A DNA stretch of 64,000 nt from Planktotalea sp. (GTDB taxonomy: Bacteria; Pseudomonadota; Alphaproteobacteria; Rhodobacterales; Rhodobacteraceae), in the NCBI GenBank assembly GCA_965662135.1, contig CBFIGL010000013.1:11353-75352 (forward strand). Reading direction: 5' to 3'. The notes beneath the pieces were generated by a model. It did no database searches. It had not been told where the DNA came from and saw only the letters and a program-made list of their open reading frames with translations. The translations under genes were made by a program, and so were the position numbers. This document shows, piece after piece, positions 38,060 through 47,581 of this stretch (positions within the stretch are counted from its first letter, which is position 1; each line of letters opens with the position of its first letter).

Positions 38060-38623
38060 ATGAGCAAACCAACCGCCCTTGATCTGCCCATGGTCGACCC
38101 GCTTCCCGCACCCACGCAGAAGTATTTCGACATTTGCCAGGACAAGCTGGGGATGATCCCGAATGTGCTGCAAGCGCATGCATTCGATATCGACAAACTC
38201 AATGCGTTTACGGGGCTTTATAACGATCTGATGCTGGGCGACAGCGGTCTGAGCAAGCTTGAGCGCGAAATGATCGCAGTTGTCACCTCGTCGATCAACA
38301 AATGCTTCTACTGCCTAACAGCCCATGGCGCGGCGGTACGGCAATTGTCGGGTGATCCAAAGCTGGGTGAAATGCTGGTGATGAACTGGCGCGTCGCTGA
38401 TCTGGATGCACGCCAACGCGCAATGTTGTTGTTTGCAGAGCATGTCACCAAAGAAAGCCACTCGATCGAGGAAAGTGACCGCCAAGCCCTGCGCGACGTG
38501 GGGTTCAGCGATCGTGATATTTGGGACATCGCTAATGTGACGGCGTTTTATAACATGTCCAACCGCGTGGCGAGCGCGATAGATATGCGTCCCAACGACG
38601 AATATCACGCGCAACACAGATGA
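38060..38623 (+). CDS. AhpD/CMD-family peroxidase-related enzyme
   Basis: EREMIA...NKCFYCLTAH and YNMSNR motifs. Confidence 0.9.
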   Translation: MSKPTALDLPMVDPLPAPTQKYFDICQDKLGMIPNVLQAHAFDIDKLNAFTGLYNDLMLGDSGLSKLEREMIAVVTSSINKCFYCLTAHGAAVRQLSGDPKLGEMLVMNWRVADLDARQRAMLLFAEHVTKESHSIEESDRQALRDVGFSDRDIWDIANVTAFYNMSNRVASAIDMRPNDEYHAQHR

Positions 38624-39573
38624 CCCTACGCGCGTTTATTTTTCTTGTTCTAGGCCTTTTGCCCAGTATTGCGTCTGCGGTTGAGCTGACCTTGCCCGGG
38701 TCTGCACGCCAAACGGCGGGGCAGGACTTGGGCTTTGATAGCTATGCGCTGCCAATCGCCAAGTTTGACGGAACCGACATTCCCGCGCGCATCTTTGAGG
38801 GCTTTGTTACCCGTCAGGCGTGGCGTCTCGAAGGGGGCGGGGTCACGCCGCTTCAGCTTTTGTTGCCGTTGCGCGACGAGTTGAAAGCGAATGGCTATGC
38901 ATTGATTTTCGAATGTGCCGCGCGCGCCTGTGGCGGGTTTGACTTCCGCTTTGGCACTGATGTGATTGATGCGCCCGACATGTATGTAGCGCTGGATGAT
39001 TTCCGTTTTGTCTCTGCGATCAAAGGCCAAGCAGACGCACCCAAGGCTGCGATGTCATTGCTTATTTCGCGCAGCGCAGCTGCATCCTACATCCAGATCA
39101 TTCAAATCGCGGTAGATAAATCGGCCGACATCAAAGTGTCCAAAGGGGATGAAATCGTCGCCAGCACGCAAGGCACGGGAACGCCCACAGCGACTGGAAG
39201 CACTGCACAGCAGCTTGATCGTGTCGGGCATGTCATTCTAAGTGACCTCACGTTTCAAACGGGGTCTTCCAAGCTGGGCGCAGGGCCATTTGCCTCGCTC
39301 CAGAAAATCGCCGAGTATTTACAACAGAACCCCGAACGCCGCATCGCATTGGTTGGGCACACAGATGCTGAGGGAAGCCTTGAGGGTAATATTGCCCTGT
39401 CAAAACGTCGTGCAAGCTCTGTGCGAAGCCGCTTGATTGAAACCTACGGTATGACAGCCGATCAACTGTCCGCGCAAGGGGTCGGCTTTTTATCACCTGT
39501 GGCCAGCAATCTGAATGCCGCAGGACGCACCGCCAATCGACGTGTAGAAGCTGTTTTGATTTCGACCGACTAA
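38620..39573 (+). CDS. OmpA C-terminal-domain periplasmic protein
   Basis: Signal peptide, VGHTD...N..LS.RRA and NRRVE motifs. Confidence 0.88.
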   Translation: MTLRAFIFLVLGLLPSIASAVELTLPGSARQTAGQDLGFDSYALPIAKFDGTDIPARIFEGFVTRQAWRLEGGGVTPLQLLLPLRDELKANGYALIFECAARACGGFDFRFGTDVIDAPDMYVALDDFRFVSAIKGQADAPKAAMSLLISRSAAASYIQIIQIAVDKSADIKVSKGDEIVASTQGTGTPTATGSTAQQLDRVGHVILSDLTFQTGSSKLGAGPFASLQKIAEYLQQNPERRIALVGHTDAEGSLEGNIALSKRRASSVRSRLIETYGMTADQLSAQGVGFLSPVASNLNAAGRTANRRVEAVLISTD

Positions 39574-39612
39574 CTTGCCTGTATCGTAAGCACCCAAAGA
39601 AAGAATACTTAA

Positions 39613-40317
39613 ATGTCAAACACTTCTGCACACCCCGGCGAGCCACATTATGTCACGCGCAGCAATTGGTTGCGCGCCGCTGTTCTGGGCGCGAATGATG
39701 GAATTGTGTCGGTGTCGTCCTTGATCGTCGGTGTTGCCGCTGCAGACGCAAGCCAATCAGCGGTGATCATCGCAGGTGTTGCAGGCTTGTCTGCTGGCGC
39801 GATGTCGATGGCGGCGGGTGAATACGTGTCGGTCTTTTCGCAATCAGATATCGAAAGTGCGGACATCGCACGCGAAGCACAGGCGTTGAAAGATTTCCCG
39901 GAAGACGAGCTTGCCGAGCTAGCAGGAATTTACCGCGAACGAGGGCTAAGCGCTGAAACCGCACAGATTGTCGCCGAAGAATTAACTGCGCATGACGCGC
40001 TGGGCGCGCATGTGCGTGATGAACTTGGCATAACCGAAGATCAATCTGCTAACCCTTTGCAGGCGGCCTTCACGTCAGGCGTGACCTTCAGTATCGCCGC
40101 AGCGATCCCGCTTCTTGCGGCTTGGTTGGCACCTGCCGCTTCGATCATCCCTATTGTGTTGTTTGTCACGGTTCTGGCTTTAGCAGCACTTGGGGCAATG
40201 GGTGCCAAGGCGGGTGCGGCTCCGCTCTTGCGTCCAACTTTGCGGGTCGTGGGCTGGGGCGTGTTTGCGATGGTCGTCACCGCAGGCATTGGTTGGGTCT
40301 TTGGGGTCAGCGTCTAG
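39613..40317 (+). CDS. VIT1/CCC1 Fe/Mn transporter family
   Basis: LRAAVLGANDG, SMAAGEYVSV and H.RDELG motifs. Confidence 0.93.
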   Translation: MSNTSAHPGEPHYVTRSNWLRAAVLGANDGIVSVSSLIVGVAAADASQSAVIIAGVAGLSAGAMSMAAGEYVSVFSQSDIESADIAREAQALKDFPEDELAELAGIYRERGLSAETAQIVAEELTAHDALGAHVRDELGITEDQSANPLQAAFTSGVTFSIAAAIPLLAAWLAPAASIIPIVLFVTVLALAALGAMGAKAGAAPLLRPTLRVVGWGVFAMVVTAGIGWVFGVSV

Positions 40318-40537
40318 GCGTGAACCGCGCAACTGCGTGCGCTCCGGCAAGCATCTTTTAACCCGGCGGCACTAGTGTTCTCGTTGAGCTCACGAACGGT
40401 ACAATCAACGATCCCGCCTTGTTTGACACAACAGTAACCACTCTGGTTCAAGGCGCATTTGCTAAATAGCAACAGCATCGACCCCTGTGTTGATGTGTGA
40501 TCTGTCAATATACCTTCACGGCAGGCCTGCCACACCG

Positions 40538-41873
40538 TTACACCTGATTAACTTCAAGCATCCCCCTACCGAAACCTGCTTTCGGTGGGGCGTTTGTGTT
40601 GGGCCAAGCTGATATCGCGTCAATAGATGAAGTCAGCACCCGTGCTTCGTATCTGCGTAGGCTGGGGCGAGACAGCCGTAGTTTTGCGCGCGCCCAAGAC
40701 GCCCGCCTTAATTTCGATAGGGGCATTAGCCCCGCGTGCATCCCGTCGCGAACGGCCGAGCCAAAGAATGGGCCTTGGACCGTGATCCATGGTCTCAACC
40801 AGATCGCCCGGGACCAGAGTGTCGACGATCCTATCGCCTTGCGGGGTCTTGATGCGCGTGCCGGACGTAAAGCATGGTGCCGTTTCGATTGTGACGAAAC
40901 CGACATCCGTATACCCGTCACCGTCTTCGACTGTGTAGCGGAATGCGTTTTCATCGACTTCGGTGCCAACACCGGCAAGGATAAAGCCGCTTGCCGTCAA
41001 TTCGATGACTTCGCCAGAGGCAAGCGTGATTGAGTCTCCTACCGTCACAGGTTGACTATTGATATGGGTGATTGTCAGGTCGCTACTGGTTGTACTTGAA
41101 TCATTTGCCAACAAATCAAATTCGCCGCTTTGCCCGAACTTGAGTGAAATATCATCGTCACCCGCGATGAGAGCGGTTTGAACAGACTCACCTGCACTCA
41201 AAAAATTACTATCTACTGCACCATCACCACCGTCCGCGATCGCGATTTTGATCGTGTTTGTAGCACCTGGTATGACAGGTGCTTTCAGGGTTGATGTAAC
41301 CTTAAACCCATCCATTTCTGTGTTGTAAGTGTCGTCAGTCGCAGCATTGTCAATGTAGAGGTTTTCGTTGTCTTCATTATTGATGTTATCTATAGAAATA
41401 TCGCCATTGCCGACGCTAAGCTGGGCTTGAGCACCATTTACCCAAACGCCGACCGCATCGTTGAAACCGCCATCAACAAATTCTAGATACTCTTCTGAAG
41501 AGAAAACGATTTACATCGTTAAGGTGCTTCCTTCGGGGACGAATTCAGCTTCAAAAATGGCAGCGTCAAAAGTTGTTTCGCCCGAAACCATGTTCAGACC
41601 GCTATCGCCAGCTAGCCCGTAATCGGTGCTGGTGGCTGCAGAAACATTCATATCCCCGCTTGCATATGTGATGTCGGTCGCATTGCCGGTCGATAGGATA
41701 ACACGGGTGTCGGCAGGGGTGATGCCCGGCGCGTTGGCATCGCCGCCGTAATATGTGCCAGAGGCCCCTACTGCCCCGGTGTAGCTGGCAGTGAGGATTG
41801 TAATCCCGTTTCCGAACATCGCGGCTGCCATGTCATCGGCCGTTGCTGCGGTATCAATGGGCAGATCGGGCAT
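40538..41873 (-). pseudogene. Choice-of-anchor-L-like + cadherin-like + Hint-domain protein, nonsense codon and internal deletion
   Basis: ORFs 41511-41873 and 40620-41315 are in the same frame, split by TAA at 41511-41513 (TLTM*IVFSSEEYLEF). Hint start PCFTSGTRIKTPQG. After VSPQ the sequence jumps frame to RPSLRRYEARVL. Confidence 0.8.
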
Positions 41874-41968
41874 TCACGAAACCTCGCCGAGAACAATCAC
41901 GTTCCCGACGGGGTATCAAAGACACCTTGAAAAGAGGTTTCGTCAAACTGTAGGATTTTAGGGATTGC

Positions 41969-42619
41969 TTAGCGCGCAAGCATTTTCAAACCCTGCGTCA
42001 CATCTGAGCGCACAGCCAAACGTAACCCCGGTTCATCGCCAGCTTTCAAGGCGGCAACAATCACGCGGTGAAAATGCGGCAGTTCCTTGCGCCGCAAGCG
42101 ACCGTAGAGCGCGCGCATGGTGGGGCCCAGTTGTAGCCAGACCTGCTCTGCCATCGCCAGCATCGCAGGGGCCTGTGCGCGCAGATAAAGCGTGCGGTGG
42201 AACTCCAGATTGGTGCGGATGAAACCCACAGCATCCTGTCGCGCGATTTGCTCTGCGATGGAGGTGTTGATCATCTGCAAACGCTCGATCAGCGCCATAT
42301 GCGCGCGGGGCAAGGCGCGGCTGGCAAGTTCCACCTCGATCAATGCGCGTAGGGCCGCCAGCTCTTCGATCCGCTCACTGCTAAGTTCTGGCGTGGATAC
42401 CCGACCAGATGAGGACATCGACAAAGCGCCCTCAGCCACCAAACGACGTACGGCTTCGCGTGCAGGGGTCATGGACACTTCGAATTCTTCGCCGATCCCG
42501 CGCAAAGTCATCGCCTGACCAGGTGCGATATCGCCGTACATGATCCGTGTGCGCAAAGTGCGATAAACGCGGTCATGCGCGGCGGCAGGTATTTCGGAGG
42601 GGCGTGGGTTCAAAAGCAT
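41969..42619 (-). CDS. GntR-family regulator (FCD)
   Basis: Start reassigned to MLLNPRP. VSMTPAREAVRRL and N.EFH motifs. Confidence 0.9.
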   Translation of the reverse strand: MLLNPRPSEIPAAAHDRVYRTLRTRIMYGDIAPGQAMTLRGIGEEFEVSMTPAREAVRRLVAEGALSMSSSGRVSTPELSSERIEELAALRALIEVELASRALPRAHMALIERLQMINTSIAEQIARQDAVGFIRTNLEFHRTLYLRAQAPAMLAMAEQVWLQLGPTMRALYGRLRRKELPHFHRVIVAALKAGDEPGLRLAVRSDVTQGLKMLAR

Positions 42620-42627
42620 ACCCTTCC

Positions 42628-42639
42628 TTGTGATCACAA
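42628..42639. promoter_or_regulatory. Putative autoregulatory GntR operator
   Basis: Perfect 12-bp palindrome TTGTGATCACAA abutting the RBS of the GntR gene. Confidence 0.6.
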
Positions 42640-42812
42640 AGAAGGGTGGGGTCAAGGGGAGGGTGCCATGATATGGGGGGTTGTGGTGTATGCTACGGCC
42701 TATGGGCGATTTGTGGCCCCGCAACACAGGGCGAACGAGGGATGACGGGCTTTAGTGATGCAGGACGAGGTTGAAAAGAGGAACGTTTACAATGTCCGCT
42801 TCTCTAATTGGG

Positions 42813-43053
42813 TTTCTGGGTCAAGCTCGTTTTCCTTCTTTCTTCTGGGTCGTTGTCGCTCATCCGGGTCACGCGTCTCTTCGCAGTCTGGTTTGATGCC
42901 CTCATGGCATCGCTGCACGCATATGTCGGATCGGACGTGGAGAGCCTTGCTTAGAGGCGCGCTTCTCGTTGCGCAGCAGACATTTTCGGCTTCATCCACG
43001 AACCTCGTCCGGTGAGGGACGACCCCGTCAGGGTTGGTGGGGGGCGTTTTAGA
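42813..43053 (-). ncRNA. Candidate bridge/seek RNA in the IS 3' non-coding end
   Basis: Position is as described for IS1111 elements. Contains AATGTCTGCT (complementary to the target flank) and GAGAAGC (matching the IS right end). Boundaries uncertain. Confidence 0.55.
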
Positions 43054-44075
43054 TCATGCTGTACCCTCCACCTGTGCCGGACGGAATTCCGTGCCGTCGA
43101 CCCACATCCGGTGAAGTAAGACGGCAAGTTTGCAGGCAACCGCGACAACGGCACGACGCCGACCTTTGGTACGGATCAGCCTCATACCCCAGGATTTGAT
43201 CTGCGACCCGGCCATCATGCGCATAAGCAATGCATTGGCTGCGGCATAAAGTGTGGCACGGACATCTCTATCGCCAGCCTTTGATATGCGGCCAGGATTG
43301 TCGTGCTCGCCCGATTGATACCGCCTCGGTGTCAGCCCAAAATGGGCGGCCACAGTGCGGGACCGCCTGAAGCGGGCGGGATCATCAATGGCGGATTTGA
43401 AGGTCAGCGCTGCGATAGGGCCGACACCGGGAACCGTCATCATCCGCATGCAAACTTCGTCCTGAGTTGCAGCGCGCTTGACCCGCCGGTCCAGTTCCAG
43501 AAAGTGCTGATACAAGACGAGCCGGGCATCGAGGAGTGGCGCCAGTGCATGCGCCAAGACTTCGTCCATTTCGATCATAGGTCGGACGATACCGTCGAAG
43601 CTGCCATGCTTCACAGTCTTGGGCAGGCGGATGCCAAAGGTCTTCAACAGACCGCGGACTTCGTTTGCGAGGTCCATTGTCTTCTTCAGAAGTGCCTTGC
43701 GCGTGTGCCTTGCGCCTCCCGGCTCTTCATGTGAACCGGGCTGAACCAACCGGTGCGTAAGACCTGAGCGATACCACGCGCATCGTTCTTATCCGTTTTG
43801 TTGCGCATGGCCGATAGCGCAGCGTTCACTTGACGCGCTTCCATACAGACAACGTCAAAGCCAGCGGCGGTCAGGCCATAGAAAAGATGCTGGCTCATGG
43901 TACCCGCTTCAAAGCCGATACGCTCAATAGGATGCGGAAAAACGGCAAGGCACTCTGCGATCTCATTGACTTCACAAGGCAGCTCCCGCACCAACGGCAC
44001 CGTCCCCTTGGTATCAACAATGCAAAGCGCACACGACCGTAGCGACACGTCCAGTCCAGCATAGTATTCCATCAT
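43054..44075 (-). pseudogene. IS110 DEDD recombinase/transposase, frameshifted
   Basis: GLDVS, FEAG and KTDKNDA in ORF 43686-44075. VPGVGP, GLTP...QSG and GRISKAG in ORF 43054-43749. Frame break at about 43700. Confidence 0.9.
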
Positions 44076-44385
44076 CTATCTCCCTTGTTCACAGATATCC
44101 TGTGATCCTATCGGGAGCTCGACCTCAGAACAGAGGCAGCCCAATTACGCATGCTGTGAGCCGTCCAAGATAGTGGCGAGCGGCGCGCCGGCTGTACATG
44201 CTGCGGTCGATCTAAGGTCGGCAGTGAGCCCATTCCGACGAATGTTGCATTCGGGCCCAATCTCTTTTTTGTGTGTACTAGAACTGCGCTGTGGCAGGTT
44301 CGACGAATGATGTCGGTTTTATCCAAGTAGCGCGATTTGCCGCGTCTATTAATAACCCCTAATCACTTTGAATTGGAAACTTGAA

Positions 44386-45720
44386 ATGACACAGCCAATC
44401 CTCGAATTTCTTCATTCGGCTGATTCGGACAGCATCCCCGAAGAGATGCTTGGACTGGGCCGAAAGTGGTTGCTTGATTTGCTTGGGGTCGCTGCTGCGG
44501 CAACTGAAACCTCAATGTCGCGGATTATACGTGATCATGTGGCCGAGCACTTTGCGCCGGGTCAACGCAAAGTTGCGATGCTTTTTGATGGTCGGCTGGT
44601 CAGTCCGGGTGGGGCTGCGCTTGCGGCCGGTGTCACGATCGATGCGCTGGACGCGCATGACGGTCACAAATTGACCAAAGGCCATGTGGGCTGCGGCGTG
44701 TTGCCTGCTCTTTTATCCTTCACGCAGGCCGAGAATCTGAAAGATGACCGCGCGTTCCTTGCGTCTTTGGTCGTCGGTTATGAGATCGGGACCCGGGCTG
44801 GTATCGCGCTGCACCGAACTGCGCGTGATTACCATACGTCCGGCGCTTGGGTTGCCATCGCGGCCGCCGCCCTTGGGGCGCGGGCGATGGGATTGAACAG
44901 CTCCAAAACACGCGAAGCGATTGGGATTGCCGAATATCATGGGCCGCGCAGCCAAATGATGAGGGTCATTGATCATCCAACTATGGTCAAAGACGGGTCC
45001 GGTTGGGGCGCAATGGCAGGCGTGTCTGCAGCATACCTTGCGGCTGGGGGATTCACGGGCGCGCCTGCGATAACCGTGGAAGCCGACGATGTCGCCGACC
45101 TTTGGGGTGATCTAGGGCAGACTTGGTGCATCGCAGAGCAATATTTCAAACACTACCCGATTTGCCGATGGGCGCAGCCGCCGGTGCAGGCTGTTCTTGA
45201 TCTTCGCAAAGCCCATAAATTGACGTCGCAGGACGTTGAAACGATAGAAATAACAACATTCCACAACTCCAAACGCCTTGCCAAACGTGCACCATTCACG
45301 ACCGAAGAGGCTCAATACTCAACGGCTTATCCGACCGCTGTGGCCATGGTGCGCGGGCGTGTTGACCCTGACGATGTGATGGGGGGCAGTTTCGAGGACC
45401 CTGAAATCAAACGCCTTGCTGCAAGTATGATCGTGCTCGAAAGTGACACCTATAATGCGGCATTTCCAGCCAACCGTATTTCGAGTGTGACGCTAACTTT
45501 GAAGAATGGCGAAACGCTCCGCTCTGGTGATACCGAGGCGCTTGGGGATCCGGAAAACCCCGTGACGCAAGGGGAGGTTGAAGCAAAATTCCATGCTTAC
45601 GCTGCGCCAAAACTGGGGAGCGAGCGGGCGAACGCCTTGGAAAAAGTAGTTTGCCAGTTGGGGAACGGCGCAGGATTGGAGGCTTTTCAGGACCTCATCT
45701 TTGCGCCGATCCGATCTTAA
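44386..45720 (+). CDS. MmgE/PrpD family protein
   Basis: Start reassigned to MTQPIL. LDAHDGH...GH, GYEIG, YH.SG, FKHYPICRW, AQYS and GDPENP motifs. Confidence 0.88.
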   Translation: MTQPILEFLHSADSDSIPEEMLGLGRKWLLDLLGVAAAATETSMSRIIRDHVAEHFAPGQRKVAMLFDGRLVSPGGAALAAGVTIDALDAHDGHKLTKGHVGCGVLPALLSFTQAENLKDDRAFLASLVVGYEIGTRAGIALHRTARDYHTSGAWVAIAAAALGARAMGLNSSKTREAIGIAEYHGPRSQMMRVIDHPTMVKDGSGWGAMAGVSAAYLAAGGFTGAPAITVEADDVADLWGDLGQTWCIAEQYFKHYPICRWAQPPVQAVLDLRKAHKLTSQDVETIEITTFHNSKRLAKRAPFTTEEAQYSTAYPTAVAMVRGRVDPDDVMGGSFEDPEIKRLAASMIVLESDTYNAAFPANRISSVTLTLKNGETLRSGDTEALGDPENPVTQGEVEAKFHAYAAPKLGSERANALEKVVCQLGNGAGLEAFQDLIFAPIRS

Positions 45721-45741
45721 AAACACGGGGGTAGCGAGGCG

Positions 45742-46495
45742 ATGAAAACTTTCGTGGCACAGGTTGATGCACGACTGGCAGGACCAATAAATCGTTTTCG
45801 ATGGCTTGAAAAGCAAGCCAGACAAGCCGCCAGAAACGGGGCGGACCTAATGGTTTTTCCGGAATTGTTTTTGTCCGGGTACTACGTCGACGAAGCTCTG
45901 CGCCGAGGCGCAAGACGGCCCATTTGTTGGGCGCGAAAGGTCTTTGGCACAAGAACTCGGCCTCGCCATCGCCTACGGATACCCTGAACGCGACAGGGAC
46001 ACGATTTATAATTCGTTCATTTTTATCGACGACCTTGGCCAAACATTGGCAAACCATCGCAAAACAGTTTTGCCTTTGGGCATCGAACATGACTGGTTCA
46101 CAACCGGAACAGGCTTTCCCATTTTCCGCTGGGGCGGCGCAACAATTGCCATGTTGATCTGTTATGAATGCGAATTCCCCGAGATCGTGCGAAGCGTCGC
46201 CTTGGATGGGGCAGATATCGTATTGGTGGCGACGGCTGGCGGCAAGGATTGGGAGCAAGTACCAACATTCGTAATTCCAACGCGTGCAAACGAGAACGGC
46301 CTTTTCATGGTTTACACCAACTATTGTGGTGCGGAAAATGGCCATGGGTTCTGCGGATTGAGCTGCATTATCGACCCTCTGGCTCTGATCTTGCCCGCGC
46401 TTTCCGCCTTGTTGGATTTGTCGCCCCTGCAGCTCGCGCTGACAGCAGCCACAAACCTTAAACGGAGCGGACCTTGGCTGAGATTGTATCAATGA
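45742..46495 (+). pseudogene. Carbon-nitrogen hydrolase (nitrilase superfamily), two frameshifts
   Basis: The E-K-C triad is split across frames (FPELFLSGY; HRK; ICYECEFPE). Breaks at about 45900 and about 46378, where GSDLARA continues in another frame. Confidence 0.82.
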
Positions 46496-46521
46496 CAGCT
46501 TCAACAAGTGCTCATCCATGA

Positions 46522-46980
46522 TCATTCTACAAGGTGGAACCCCCGAAACTCTTTTACTGTCGACAGGCAAAGTAATGTCTTCATCTGGGCCACTGACGGG
46601 ATCAGTGTCAGCCTGTCGCGATACAACTGTTCGTAGTCTTCTGTGTTGCGTGCCGCTACTCGGATGAGGTAGTCAAACTCGCCCGAAATCAGGTGGCATT
46701 CCAGAATCTCTGGCATTTCACCAATGGCCGCCTCAAACGCCTGAATGTTCTCGCGTCGCTGACTGACCAGCTTGGCCTCGATAAAGACCTGAATTTCCAG
46801 CCCCACCTGCTTGCGGTTGAGCCGCGCTGCATAGTGCGAGATCTTTCCATCGACCTCCAGCATCTTGACTCGCCTGTGACAGGCCGAGAGCGACAACCCA
46901 ACCTGTTCGGACAGGCGTGCCATGGAGATGTGCCCGTCCTTTTGAAGGATGGAAAGAATGCGGATGTCCAGCCTATCCAC
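46522..46980 (-). CDS. Lrp/AsnC regulator
   Basis: LDIRILSILQKDG...VGLS.SAC.RRV and SGEFDY motifs. Confidence 0.93.
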   Translation of the reverse strand: MDRLDIRILSILQKDGHISMARLSEQVGLSLSACHRRVKMLEVDGKISHYAARLNRKQVGLEIQVFIEAKLVSQRRENIQAFEAAIGEMPEILECHLISGEFDYLIRVAARNTEDYEQLYRDRLTLIPSVAQMKTLLCLSTVKEFRGFHLVE

Positions 46981-47129
46981 AGGAAATATTCTCCTTTATT
47001 CCTTCATTGTCGAATGTTTTCCAAAAATTTTCCGATAATACAAGAATTAAGAGAACCTTTCTCGCCCCCGACTTCATAGCTTGAACATGTCTTTCAAACA
47101 GACAAAGCAACCAAAAGGGAGGGGAAAAG

Positions 47130-47564
47130 ATGTACCATAAAATCGTCGTCGGATACGACGGCAGCGACAGCGCCAAAGCGGCGTTGGCGTTCGCTACGGA
47201 CCTAGCCAAGGCACAGGGCGGCAGCCTTGTCGTGGCCCATGTGCTGGAATGGTCTCCGTATTCATTTCTGACGCCAAACGAGCTGGAAGAGCGGCACAAG
47301 CGCCGCGGCGAAGAGCTGGAACGCGCCGAAGCCGCAATCCTTGCTCCGGCTGTCGAAGGCCTCAAAGAAAGTGGCTTGGAAATTGAAACCGCACTGAAAT
47401 ACGGCGGCATCGCCGCGACGCTCGGCGAAATTGCCAAAGATCGCGGTGCCGATCAGGTGGTGATCGGTCGCAATGGTGAACCCGGCCTGACATCTCGTGT
47501 GTTCGGTTCGGTTGCCATCAGCCTTGCACAGGCCTCGCCTGTGCCCGTCACCATCGTGCCATAA
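47130..47564 (+). CDS. Universal stress protein
   Basis: IVVGYDGS and VIGRNG...FGSVA...PVTIVP motifs. Confidence 0.92.
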   Translation: MYHKIVVGYDGSDSAKAALAFATDLAKAQGGSLVVAHVLEWSPYSFLTPNELEERHKRRGEELERAEAAILAPAVEGLKESGLEIETALKYGGIAATLGEIAKDRGADQVVIGRNGEPGLTSRVFGSVAISLAQASPVPVTIVP

Positions 47565-47581
47565 ATCGAACAGGATACATT

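Larger units (their letters stand above)
42798..44155 (-). mobile_element. IS110-family (IS1111-type) insertion sequence
   Basis: Sub-terminal IRs TAATTGGG (42805-42812) and CCCAATTA (44140-44147). GCT core at both ends (42798-42800, 44153-44155). About 250 nt of non-coding sequence 3' of the transposase, and an outward-facing TTGACC near the right end. Confidence 0.85.

Noticed and set aside
42755-43154. Short ORFs of 67-86 aa downstream of the transposase
   Set aside because: They overlap the IS non-coding end, which is better explained as a guide RNA region.
46981-47129. Glycine riboswitch ahead of the Usp-AGCS genes (also looked for at 50377-50540 before the GcvT-like gene)
   Set aside because: No GGAGA...CCGAAG...CTCTCAGG aptamer core is visible. 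Adjacent Lrp regulators explain control.
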